Origin: Octopus vulgaris
Taxonomy: Eukaryota
NCBI GenBank assembly: GCA_951406725.2
Contig: OX597826.1
Span: 29,388,001 to 29,452,000 of the forward strand
Direction of reading: 5' to 3'
Length of the DNA: 64,000 nt
Position 1 is the first letter of the stretch. Every line of letters begins with the position of its first letter. Shown one piece after another: positions 37,701 through 52,153 of this stretch. The notes below the pieces were generated by a model that was not told where the DNA came from, made no database searches, and worked only from the letters and a program-made list of their open reading frames with translations. A program made the translations under genes and the position numbers.

Positions 37701-40700
37701 TACACACACACAGACATATAGATAGATAAATAGATAGATAGATAGATAGATTAGAGACAGGTATTCTCTGAGCAGAATACACTTCTTAGTGCTCAAGAGA
37801 TTTGAACTTGAACAGATAGAGGAGTAAATTGCAAGGAGAAGCAAGTTAGGCAATTCTATGTACAAAAAATATTAAATACATTTGATACAAAAACTGTATT
37901 TATGTTTACGTATCAAAATGCCCGACTTACACAGAATAAGAATGGTATCCCTTGACGCTGAGCTCAATATACGCATTGGCAAGGCAGCTGCTGCGATGGC
38001 CCAACTCTCCAAACGGGCTTGGGACAACAATAAGCTGACCAAGACCATGAAAATGAAGATCTACCAGGCATGTGTACTCAGCACTCTACTGTATGGAAGT
38101 GAGACCTGGACGCTATACACACGCCAAGAGTGTCGCCTAAACATCTTTCACCTGCGCTGCCTCCGAAAAATCCTCCGCATCAAATGGCAGAATCATATCC
38201 CCAACAAAGATGTCCTCAGGCAAGCAGGAATACCAAGCATGTTTGCACTCCTCACACAAAGACGTATGAGATGGCTTGGGCATGTTAGCCGTATGAAAGA
38301 TGGCAGAATCCCCAAGGACATACTCTACGGAGAGCTTGCTAGGGGTACTAGGTCTGTGGGTAGACTGATCTTACGTTACAAGGATGTTTGCAAAAGGGAC
38401 ATGAAGGCCTGCAACATCAATATTAGCGGTTGGGAGGCAGTTGCCGGCAACCGTGGAGAATGGCGACGTACCGTAAAAGAGGGAATACAAAGGAGTGACA
38501 GAGAGAGAGAGAGAGAGGAGAAATGGAAAGAAAGGAAGAGACGTAAACAAGAGACTATGGCACTACAACCAGCCAGGAACAGTCTTCGCTACATTTGCGA
38601 TACCTGCCAGAGGGAGTGTTTGTCCAGGATAGGACTACACAGCCACAGCAGGAAATGTATCAGGACATGAAATATAAAAGCCGGACTTGACTACTTCATG
38701 CGCAACTCCATTGTCTCCCGAGACAGAAAGGATGCCAATGCAACACAGAATAAGAATGGTATCAGGAATTAAAGGGGTTGAAGAAGAGTTTTACGAGTCC
38801 AAAAGCTGTTTCCGGGATGTTGGTGGGCCAAAATAATTATTGGAATCAAGTTACAATCAATATTTTGGACCATCAAGCTCCCAGAAACAGCTGTTGGACT
38901 CACAAACCTCTTACTTAACCCCTTTAATTCTTGATATCAAGCTGAATTTTTAGAATACAATTTTAACCAATCTGCATGCAGCTTAAAGATCATGGTTTGC
39001 CAGGTGTACCGATATTCTGGAATTTGTTTATTTTTATATGCTAGAGATACTTTTTAATCCACATCATTAACTGGTCGTTATATTATTGCTGTTATTTCCA
39101 TTCAGAACAGGTTGGAACATTTTAATAAACCATTTTTCTTTTATTTTTCTTTCAGTCTCACTTGTGTCATGTAGTTTGTGGAAAAGAAATATTAGAAACA
39201 ATTTCTGACCACATGTCTTAAGATGAGTGTTTAATGATTAGCAAATTTCAGATGTGTGTGTGCATGTGTGTGTGTGTGTGTGTGTGTAAGGTTCAAAATG
39301 TACAAAAACTAAATACAAAAAAAAAAACAGAGCCAGGTAAGGGAACAAAAACAAGATACATTAGTTTGTCGCTCTGAAAAAATGTAAGAAGTTTTGACGT
39401 TTCAAGCCTACACTCTTTCACAAAAAGGAATGCCTTGATTTCAAATTTTCGCACAAGGCCTGCAATTTCGGGTGAGGGGAAAAGTCATTCACATCAACTC
39501 CAGTGTTCAACTGGTACTTATTTGATCAACCCTGAAAGGATGAAAAGCAAAGTTGACCTTGGCGGAATTTGAAATAAAAATGTGAAATCAGACAAAATGT
39601 CGCTAAGCATTTTGCCTGGTGTGCTAATGATTCTGTCACCACTTTGCACTAAAATATATTTATTAAAATTAAAACTGTTTACCTGGATTCTTGACCAATT
39701 TACCCTGAATTTGAAGAAGAGCATCAATTCTCAAGCCGAAGCCAATCTGGATGACTACGATGGAGATTACAGTTGCCATATTCATCAGGGTGTGATATTC
39801 ACGCAGGGCTTGCATACGCCGTTTCTTAATGGCTATCACAACTCCTACCAAAGTTATCAAACATAAAATTCCAACAATGATGATTATCAGAAACACCAAG
39901 TAATCAAGAGGATCAACAAATGGATGGAACTTGAAGCTGAGTGAACGAATAGATGGCTCCATTCTACCACAGGACAATCTCTCAATCATAATTTTAGTTG
40001 ATGTGAAAAGTCCAGAATTAGCATTGTATGTGCTAATGTCAATGATTACCGCTCGGGTACGCTCGTCTATCCAGGTGTTTGAACGAAGTGTCTTGAACAA
40101 AGATTTTGCTTTCTTGTGTCTCTCGTTTATATCAATCATATAACCAGCACTTTCATAATTTCCTTGTACTCCATAATTAGTGAAGCTATATCCAGCTTTC
40201 TCTTCAGAAGTATATTTGAATGCAGCAGTTATATATTTCTCATCTTCTTTCTGCTTAGCACCAATTTTCCAGCCTGCATTAAAGAAGAGTAATTATAACA
40301 AAAGTGATTAAATCATTTAATTATTTCTTGAAATGCACATGTAAAGGCACATGGTCTAGCAGTAACGGTCTTCCAGTCAAGACCATGTATCTATGGTTTC
40401 AAATTCTGGACAATTTATACATATTTTTAAGACCACATTGCATAACACAACAAGATTTGGTAGAGAAAAACTGAAAGAACCCTAGCATATGTGGGTGTGT
40501 ATATATCTTTGTATTTATGTGTATGTGTATCTGTCTGTCTGTCTGTGAGTCTGTGTTATTGTCTTATCATTGCATGATAGTTGTAAACAACCAATGTCCT
40601 TAATTTGTAAACTTCTATGAAAATATGTGTGGTGACAAGGAAAAGTTAACTTGCTTGGAAACAGATGAGGGTCGGTGACAGAAAGGGTACCCCGAGTATA

Positions 40701-41693
40701 GTAAATCCCCTTCTACAAATTCCATCCAACTCATGTGAGCATGCGAAAGTGAACGTTAAAACAAAAATGATGGTGATGATGATGATGGTGATGGTGATGG
40801 TGAGGGTGGTGGTGGTGGTGGTGGTGGTGGTGGTGGTGATGGTGATGGTGGTGATGATGGTGGTGGTGGTGATGGTTGTGGTGGTGGTGGTAGTGGTGGT
40901 GATGGTGATGGTGATGGTGGTGATGATGGTGGTGGTGGTGATGGTTGTGGTGGTGGTGGTGGTGGTGGTGGTGATGAGGATAAGGATGACAGTGATGACA
41001 ATAATTATGGATGCTTACCTGGTAGATAATCCTTTGTATCTTCATGTTCTGCAGAATAGTTTGGAATGCACATTTTGACTAGTTTCGACATGTGGCATGG
41101 AACTGAAAACAACACAAAGTAATTAAGTGATAATTGCATTCTTCTTTGAATTGATTGCTTTTTCAAAAACTTAATACCCAGATCAATATAACCCCCTACG
41201 ATCAATAAAGGACCAACTGTACATGCTTTTCCTTAAGTATATTTTATGTGTATTTAACATCAATAGAAATGATGAGAACATACCTTAGAAACATAAGAAT
41301 GAGACAAACAAGCCCTGTTTCATCTTCTGTTGATTGCAAAACTTGTTAATCATATTAATTTTGATTATATTTAGATTATAATATTTAGATTATTTATGTG
41401 CAATTTGAATTTCTGTTGGAGAGTGTTGAGTGCATGTCAGGATAAATCTTATCCTTTTGGTATTATCCTAAAGTAGGTATAATTATTTTTCAGTAGTCTT
41501 ACATGAATTTGTCAGCGCATGGGCATCTCATAAATAAATTTCTCTTGATACTTAGGCAGCCGCCACAACTTTTTAATTTTTCCAATATATGCACCTCCCA
41601 CACTACGCTAAGCTGATATTTTTTGTCCTCTTGGTGTATGGTCTGGATCTGTTTTGATATCATCATATTATACAGAGACTTTCTCTTTCGCTT

Positions 41694-41736
<43 letters not shown>

Positions 41737-43400
41737 TTCTCCTCTCTCTTCCTCCTCTCTCTATCTGGGTAGTATATATTTTTGTGACATTCTATCTTTC
41801 TTTTTCCATCACTTTTTAAGATTTATTTTTCTCAGCTCACTGAGTGGCGCCAACTGTCCTCGCTGTCTCTTATTTCTCCTTCTCTGTTTGTTACTTTAAC
41901 AATGCAAGTTCTGCTCTTACTCTTCCACTCTGTCTTTATACTTCTCACCTCTTTTCTCAAAGCCTCAAATGTGAGGGAGAGGCATAATCCCTTATACAGA
42001 ACCCAAGTACTTACTGGTATTTTATTGAGATCTCATCACTACTTGGACACCTCATATTTTTATTTATTTCCATATCCACCTGATCACTCCCAACCTTTTT
42101 TCTGAAATGTCAGTAGTCGTGTAGCTCCACTACAGCAAGAAACCTATCCTATTCTCCTTTGGTCATTTTCTCTCATATTTTGGCCCTCTTCCAGGCGATA
42201 ACATCTCCCTAACCACAGAAATGTCTGATGTTGTTGATACCAATCCTTATTCTTCTTGACATATTATTCAGAAAGTGGTGGGGCGAGTGTTGGGGTGGGG
42301 AGAGAGAAAAATGCACGAGGGACAAAATAGCTTATGGTATGGGGGAAAAAGGTATAATTCACCTAGCAGGTCCTCTCGTAATGTTGATCCTTTCCAACTG
42401 GGATATATCCATTGGAGCCCTGCTCACCTAACCTCTGAGCAGAACCTTATTACCAACTCACTCGACTCACACAGCCATTGCATTCATCCTGAGCAACAGC
42501 CCCAAAGCAAAAGAGGCTCATGTTTGTCATGCTTCTGCTTACATGACCTGCCTCATTTCTCTTCCGGCAAGGCCCCTCGGCCATTCATGTGACATCACTG
42601 ACCCTATACTTCCGGTCCACCTCAACTGTATAGTTCCTTATCTCCTAGCATAAAGTTGGCTTCCTTGGTGTTCATAGCCTTACAAGCTACATAGCAATCT
42701 CCCTAGTGCTTGTGGCATCAAAAAACAGCACCCAGTCCATGCTGTGAAGTGGTTGTGACTAAGAAAGGTATCCAATCCATAGAAGACATACTAAGGCGGA
42801 CATTGGAGAATGTTGTACTCTTTGGTTCCATAGGATTCCCTCAAAACTATTCACTCCATGCCAGTATGGAACAGAATGTTAAATGATGATGAAACCAAGA
42901 GGATAAAGATCAAAGTCAACTTTGGAAGGATTTGAACTCAGAATGTAAAGAGCTGTAGTCGAATGCTACAGGGCATAATCGAAACAGGTTCTCGGGCAAA
43001 ATGGTAAGAAACAAAATGGAATAATCACTGTTTGTAAATTATATTTACCTTTTACCATTCTTATCTGTCTCAGACGAATGCCTCCAAGACGCCTGTTGGT
43101 TTTGTCTGGCAGGAAATATTGGTCGTACAGTTTCAGTTCCTTACCATTACTGTCTGTGAGTGGGAAGATTCCTGGAACAGCATACTTTTCTATCCAATCC
43201 CACATCGATTCAATGCCATCTTTCTAATAATAAAAAATGGTTAAGAATATAATGGAAGAGTGTATAAGACAAGAAGAAAAAAAACAAAGAAGCAATCTAA
43301 TGAGACATCTTGTCTGTGATCTCCTTATCTGCTTGACCTGATGGAAATGACAGTCTAATATCCCTTGTGTTGGTGGTGGTGGTGGTGGTGGTGGTGGTGG

Positions 43401-43455
<55 letters not shown>

Positions 43456-45900
43456 GGTATTTATTTAATTATATATATATATTTACCTGTGAGAATTTTT
43501 CGATGTGGAAAATATTTTCAATAGAATTATTCTGCTGAAAACATTTGTTTACCGATTCATTAGCAATAAGAATGACCAAAAGTACAATATATAAACAACG
43601 GAAGAAAAGAGACTGGAACATATTGAAGAGTTTATAATCGAGTTGCAGGATTTCTTTCTTCTTCTGCCAATCTTCAGATGCCAAATTTGGCATGGGACAG
43701 ATTTTCAAAGATTCCTTTGGAACAACTGAAAAAGAAGTAAAATAAAATAATGGTTTTTTTTTATTTAGTAATTTCAAGGGGAGGGGGTTAACTGGTAGCA
43801 TTCTCCCTAGTATATGACTGGTAATCTATTTTATTGAGCTGCTGATCTCTCAAAGGTTATGGAACCTGTGGATGAGGGAGACCCACGAAGACATGGGACA
43901 AAGTACTGAAGGATGACCTCCAGATGCTGAACCTATCAGATGAGATGACAAAGGGCTGCAATACTTGGTGCCTTGCTGTACTCAAGAAGACCTGTACTCC
44001 ACAGTAGAAGTACTAAGGCTGCTCCTACAGGCAAAGATTATTGGCCTGAAAGAGTATCGTGCCAGTGCCACGTAAAAAGCACTTCCCTGAAAGGATGAAT
44101 GGCAAAGTCGACCTCAGCAGAATTTGAACTCAGAACATAAGGACGAATGAAATACTGCTAACCATTTTGCCAGCTTGCTGCTTTATCATCAATAATAGTT
44201 ATTGATAATTCTTCTTGTCATTACGTTACTTAGCCTGTCGGTAATGCTTTCATGTGATTAGAGATAAAAAGGGAGAAAGATAAGAGAGAGAGACGGAAAG
44301 AGGATAAGGCAAAGAGTGAGGCAGAAAGAGAGAGAAAGAGAAAGAGTGAGAGAGAAAAGCGTTCATGATGTGAGGTAGGGGGAATGTAATATTTATTACA
44401 TGGTTAAAAAAGTTAGTTAAAGGTAATGATATAAGGGAGAGTTAGGAATATAATTTTAGCAGAGGGGTGATGTTCTGATGGTGAGATTTAGGAAAGGCAG
44501 AGAAATAGAGACAGAAAAAGAGAGAGAAATAGAAACAGAAAGGGAGAGAGAGATGGAGGTGGTGGTGGTGGAGGTGGCGATGGTGAATGCATAGTGAAAA
44601 GTAATTTTTTTTAAAAAATAGAACTGAGTTTTTTTTATCACCTATCACTTAACACATGTGCATCCCAGACTTGCTATTCACTTTAGAAAGAAGCCAGTTT
44701 CCCTGTTTACCTGTCACATGCAATGATTATGAATAAATTACATATGATAAAGTGGGGCTGTTCCTGCCTGAACCAGTATTCAGCCATGCTCAGCTATATG
44801 TTGCTTTCTCAAGGGCTCACAAATTATCTGATGTGAGAGTTAAAGTTATCAACACTGACAAACAAAGGAAAAGAAGAACTTACACGAAGAACATAATCTG
44901 CAAAGTAGTATAAGATTGAAAGGTGTACACAAATTGAAATGTATTGGCTCTGATCCATCACCTTGGCTTATAAGTTACCAACGATGTGGTTTTCAGAATA
45001 TGCCATGCTGAATTAAACTTTTACCCCTGTGGAATTGTGACCCCTATATTTTATAAAATTTTTGTTTTCTAAATATGAAATTGTGACCATGTAAATTTTA
45101 AAATGTAATTTTTTCTGTTCATGGGGAAAATGGAAAAATAAGAGTTAATTTTTATTTTATGAGTGTATTAAGTCTATAAAATTGTGCATAAAGTGTATAA
45201 AGTATATATATAAAGAGCATTAATTAATATAACAATTATATAACAATTTCCTTCACTTTTCAATGAGTAGCAGATGAGCAACTATCTTTTGATACAGACA
45301 CAACACAGGCTATGCTTTCAGGCTTTTTTGGATAAAGTTTTCAGGAATAACCCAACAGGCTTACTCTTGATTCAATGAAATATTCACGGGTCCCGTTAGT
45401 AATTAATAATTGTTTCTAATTAAAGTATAAGGTCAACTATTTTGGGAAATAAGTTCAATGGTCACTGGAGTAACCGTAATTTTTTTTGATATTCATGTTG
45501 TTGTTGTTGTTATCGTATCTATATGTCTATGTGTGTTTGTGCACTTATATGTACATAGGATAAGCAAATAGTAGGTATCAGTAAGTTTATGTACTTGAAT
45601 CTATCTGTCTGACTACATCTCTATCATTCTGTCTCTCTCTCTCTCTCTTCATGTTTTGAATTTTCTATCAGTGAACAGTACATTATATATTTATAAGATG
45701 TTTTAAAAAGAAACTTTTCCATATTTACCAGGAAACTGTGACAAATCCTTAAACCGATCACTGCTGAGGGCAGCTGCATATTTGTCTTCCTCTGTTGCTG
45801 GTGACTTAAAGATAAATGATAGTAACATGGCCGTGAAGACAACCTAGAAAGAAATAAGGAAAAGAAGGGTTCTCAGATGATTGATAATTATACCCACAGT

Positions 45901-45936
<36 letters not shown>

Positions 45937-46455
45937 TAGATTAGAGACAGGAATTCTCTGTATAGAATACACTTCGTAGTACTCAAGAGATTTGAACTTG
46001 AGCAGATAGAGGAGTAAATTGTAAGGAGAAGCGAGTTAGGCAATTCTATGTACAAAAAATATTCAAAACATTTGATACGAAAACTAATTATGTTTACATA
46101 TAAAAATGTCCGACTTACACAGAATAAGAATGATATCGGGAATTAAAGGGGTTGAAGAAGAGTTTTATGAGTCCGACAGCTGTTTCTGGGAGGTTGGTGG
46201 TCCAAAATAATTATTGCAACTTGATTCTATCATCGGATGCCATCAGCCTTCGTCTAACATTTGAAGAGTTGACAGCATGGAGTTTAAAGAAGGAGCTTCA
46301 TCTTTAAACTCCATTCTGTCAACACTTCAAATGTAAAATTCTTCCCTGAAGATGGAGGCTGGTGTTATCTGATGATGGAATTAAGTTACAATGATTGTAT
46401 TAAATTTATTTAATATTTTTTGTATATCGACTTGCCTAACTAGCTTGTTCTTATA

Positions 46456-46489
<34 letters not shown>

Positions 46490-46620
46490 TGTGAATGTGT
46501 ATGTGTGCGTGTGAGTGTGTATGTGTGTGTGAGTGTATGTATATGTGTGTATGTATGCATATATATATATTGTGTGCACACACACACATATATATATGCA
46601 TACATATATATGTATATGTA

Positions 46621-46651
<31 letters not shown>

Positions 46652-46670
46652 GCATACATACATATATATG

Positions 46671-46762
<92 letters not shown>

Positions 46763-49160
46763 TATATATTATACGTGAATGATAACAAGCATTGCCACAT
46801 AAAATGCCTTGTGCTGGTGCTATGTAAAAGTACTCAGTACATTCAACAAAGTGGTTGGTATGAGGAAGGGCATCCAGCTGTAGAAACCAAACCAAAACAG
46901 ATGACTGGAGGTTGAACAGCCCTTCTGCTAGTCAGCTCCTGTCAAATGTCAAACCACCTAACCCATGTCTGCATGGAACGCAGACGTAAAATGCTGATGC
47001 TGATGATATATATATATGCGCACACGCACACATATACATCCATCATATACATACAAATACATGTACATATATATACATACACACACTTATATATTATATA
47101 TATATGAATATATACACAGACATGACAGAAGTAAATAGACAAACTTATAATCATTAGAATTTCTTTAAATCTGAAATTATACATTCAGATTATTTATTAA
47201 TTGCTATAATGTGAATATTTAATATCTAGTAGACAAGCCCTTTGCCTTTTAAAATGCAAGGACCCTTTTAGGCATGTTACTGATCAGATGGCAAATATTC
47301 TCTTGCGGAATTTCTTGCCAAGTTTCATGCTGTAATCTCAAAAGATCTGGCTTTGACAATGCATTCTTGTTCTTTTTATGAAGTGCCCTGTCCATTATGT
47401 CCCAGAGGTGTTCAATAGGGTCCATATCTGGTGACTGGCTTGGCCATGGAAGCTTTTTAATGCCATTCTCATCCAACAAGTCTTGGGTTATTTTTGCCAT
47501 GTGACAAGGAGATCTCATCTTCCATAAATAGTCTTCTTTAATCATTTCACCACCAGAGAAGAATGGAAAGAGTCTTTTCTGCAATATGGATACATATTTA
47601 TCTGAGTTTATGTTTCCCTCACACTCCACCAGCTCTGATCAACCATTGCTCCAAATTGCTACCCAGACCATCACAGAATAGCTTCCATGTTTCATTGTTG
47701 GCTGCAATCTTTTCACATCAAATTCTTGGTCACAGAGTTTCCAGACTCACACTTGACCGCTATCAGGAAATACAGCAAATCTAAACTTATCAGAGAATTT
47801 GACTGTGTCCCAAAATGCTAGTAGCCTCTCCACCATCTCACTGGCCCAAATTTTTCTCCGCTTGATGTTGGCTGGTCAAAGAAGTGGCTTCATTCTTGCT
47901 GCTGCTCTGCCATAGTAACCAAGTTTGTGGAGATACCTGACAGCTGTTCCGAGAGTGACATCAACTTGTCCTGCTATGCCAGAGGCCTTCCAATGAGGAT
48001 TATCGTCCTCACTTCTCTTAACAAAGAAATGGGTTCTGGTAGAGGGCCCTGATTGATCTGGGTGAGGTGATGTGGACTCATTCCCCCTCTCTGGTGAATT
48101 TCACAATCACTCTATTAACTGGAGAAAGAAGGATTCCAAGGTTTACTGCGATTTTACACTGATTATGTCCATCTTCAGAATGACCTACAATATGGCCTCT
48201 TTGAAATTCAGACAGTTCCAGGGTTTCTTTTGTATGTGGCATGACTAAACAGTCACACATAGAAACTGAAACATAAAAATGTCAATAAAAAAATATAAAC
48301 CTTTAGAAGCTAGAATAAACATAAAACGATATTTGATGGTGTTTCTATTTACTTCTGTCCTATGTGCATGTGTGTGTGTGTGTGTGTAGATATTTACATA
48401 TATGTGCACACATACTTACACGCATGCACTGACGTATATGAGTGTTACATGAAATTACATTTCATAGAGAATAAATATTATAAAATTGAAAGGGACAACT
48501 GACCTTTAAAGGTTGCACAAATAATATAGAACCAGACACATTGACAAACACAGATAGCAGCCAACGTAGTGATAGTTCTTTTCCCCATTTCATACTGTAA
48601 GAAAATGTAATAAATGCCGAAACACCTATCGATGAAAACACAATCAGATACGCAATATATACTGTCCACCATGGGAATCGAAACCCTTTCAGCTGCTCTC
48701 TAATTGATGCCTTCTTTTCCTTGTCTTCTCTTGGTTGTTCTCCTCTGCTCTTTCTTGTTTTGAAAAGAAAGATGATCATAGAAGTCGGTACAATCATTAT
48801 TATGGAACCGATTATTCCAACAAAAATCTCCTTTGAAGAAATTGTTAAAATTCCGATGCGGATCACCTTTCCAGAAGGATTTTCATCTGGTTTAAAAAAC
48901 ATGGCACTACTGACAAGTGACAGGTAAAGTATAGCTGTTACAGACGACAGTCTCTGTACACGTGTGAATTTACTGGCATGAGGTCGTTTAACGATCGAGA
49001 AATAGAGATGATCATCAAATAAGGATCTGTAGATTCTGCTTTTGGTCACCTCGAAGAGATCAAACAGCTGTCCAGTTGTTGGTTTTAATTTTCGGATAAT
49101 CAAGCCATCACCTTTGTCAAAGGCTAACCAGTTGTTGCATTCAAAACAATACCTGTAATT

Positions 49161-49195
<35 letters not shown>

Positions 49196-49347
49196 GTTTC
49201 TATTTTCTTTTTGTAACATATTTCTATTACATATTATCATCATCATCATCATCGTTTAGCGTCCGCTTTCCATGCTAGCATGGGTTGGACGGGTCAACTG
49301 GGGTCTGTGAAGCTGGAAGGCTTCGTCAGGCCCAGTCAGATCTGGCA

Positions 49348-49391
<44 letters not shown>

Positions 49392-49971
49392 TCATCACAT
49401 CATCATCAGAAATATGTTACAAAACGAAAATAGAAACTAGACGTGGAAATGTAAAGGGAAAGTAAGAAGAAAAATAAGCGAAAATGCACATTGGAAATCA
49501 AAAAAAGTAAAGGCTTTTTATGAAAAGTAACGATAGATACATATTAGATGAACTGAGGTAGGAATAAAAGTAATAAAAGTCATTATTGTGAATTGTTAAA
49601 GAGATTCTAAAGCATACCGGTTTTGAGAATTTATTAATCAATATATAATCATTTCATGAATTTACTAATCAATATAAATGAGTAACAAAGGTGTATAAGT
49701 CTCAATTCATTCCAGCCATTTCGAGCGTCTCCTTTAATTGATCAATGAAAGCATTACATCATTTCAAAGGGAACCGTCCTCATCAGATGACCGCATCTGC
49801 ATGAATATCAGGTGGGAAAAATTCTATGTAGTTTTATTGTCTGATATTGTCTGAGTGTGCAAATTAGTTCGTCTTAACAAGGTGCCTCATTTTAAGTATC
49901 TAATTCAACTAAATCTAAATTACATTTTATATATATATATATTTATGTGTGTGTGTATATATATATTTATA

Positions 49972-50028
<57 letters not shown>

Positions 50029-52080
50029 ATGCATGTATATGTATATATGCACATATACATATGTACCTGTTTTTTCTATTTACAAACACACACATATATT
50101 ACAGACAAGAAAGTAAATTTTGAATGCAGTAAATCTGTGAGGACTGCAGAGAAATATTGGGTGTTTATCCTTATAAGACAGAAAAAAATTGACAGTCAGC
50201 GGCTATGGGAATTGAACCCTTACTCCCCAGATACTCTCTGATTCCTCGTAAGTGTAAGCTATAATTTTCGTCTGAATGCATGCTGTTCTTAATGATCGGT
50301 GATGGTCTACCTCAGTCACGACTGGACAGCTATCATACAGACAGACACACACACACACACCCATATCTACCGAGTATATTGATCTAAAAATGTCTTACCA
50401 ATTATTTGTAGTCATATCTTTGATTTCAATATTGGTCAAGAACCAATCTGGACTTTTACCTTCACTGTCATGCCAAAGTTTTAGAGACTGCAGTGGCCCA
50501 AGATGGACATTGGTTTGCAAAATAAAATCTGACATTGTTCCACTCCTGAAATTCTGTAATGATCATCACCAGAAGAAAAACAAAAGGAAGAAAATATTAA
50601 TAACATCAGCAACACTAACAACAACAACCACGTGGAGGCGCAATGGCCCAGTGGTTAGGGCAGCGGACTTGCAGTCATAAGAATGCGGTTTCAATTCCCA
50701 GACCGAGCATTGTGAGTGTTTATTGAGCAAAAACACCTAAGCTCCACGAGGCTCCGGCGGGAGTGGTGGTGAACCCCGCTGTACTCTTTCACCACAACTT
50801 TCTCTCACTCTTTCTTCCTACTTCTTCCACAAAGCAGAGGAACCATGGTGTAACCCACTTTGGTGTAATAAACTTTCAGACTCTAGTCTAGATTGCGAAT
50901 CCTCTGTACCCCAGGATGGTTCAGCTCCCCACCTCTTAAATGCCACCATTTACGGAATGAGGATAACAACGTAGCTTTCATGCCCATGCAACTGCCAGTC
51001 TATTGCATGTGGTGGGTGGATCTTCAAGTTGCTACACACATTCTCAGTAGCTTAGAGTAGGCTCGAATTAGAGTTTATTCTTTATGGCTGATGGCGTGAG
51101 ACAACAACCACTGATTCAAAGTGTTATGGTGTACATGTTTTATCTTGGTATAAAAGATGGGATACAGCAAATACTCTGCTCAATACTATAGATTAACTTG
51201 CCAGTAGATTGAGAATTTCTCTTTGTGGCTGACAAGATGTGCATATCTGATTGAAAGCAGAAGTAGTGAGGAAGCATCGTAGCTATGTGTTGAGAGGGAT
51301 TCTTTGGGGCTTGAATACATCACCTCAGGAAACATGGATTTTGTTCACCATTCTTAACCCTTTAGTATTTAAACCGGCCATATCCGGCCAAAATAGTTAA
51401 TCTGTTTTCTGTTCAGACTGACCAAATCCAGGCTCTCACACCTACCCTACAATGTTATTCTACATTAAGTAATTACACTATCAAGATCTTGAAGATATGG
51501 GATAATGCATGATTAATTCAAATCAATGGGAATCAATAGGCATTATGTTTGATAGAATAATCTGAACACTAAAGGGTTAAACAACCCTTATTCAGGGACC
51601 TTTTGAATGGTATGAGGTACTCAACCTGAAGAAAACTCTAATAGGGTCCCACCTGCAAGGTTGTGCACTGTTTATCTCAATAAGCAGTCAGTGTGTCGTG
51701 CACATATGGTTGTGATGCATGTGCCTCGTGTAACCTTATTAGATGGGTAGTCATAGCGGGTATATCGGGCTTTGTATATTTGTACCTCAGTGTCACTTAG
51801 ATGGTGTGTAATGCTCTCTATACAACAACAACAACAGCAATAATAATAATAATAATAATAATAGTAATAATAATAATAATAATAATAATGATCCTTTCTA
51901 CTATAGACCCAAAGTCTGGAATTTGGGGGTGAGGATTAAGTCAATTACATTGACCCCAGTGCGTAACTGGTATTATTTAATCGACCCCAAAAGAATGAAA
52001 GGCAAAGTCGATTTGGTGGAATTTAAAATCAGAATGTTATGACTGGCAAAATACTGCTAAGCCTTTCCTCCAGCATGCTA

Positions 52081-52121
<41 letters not shown>

Positions 52122-52122
52122 C

Positions 52123-52153
<31 letters not shown>

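Noticed and set aside
40665-41078. Poly-His, poly-Pro and poly-Val ORFs
   Set aside because: Translations of a (GGT/GAT)n microsatellite. The same applies to the many YI/HT/CV-repeat ORFs in the track.
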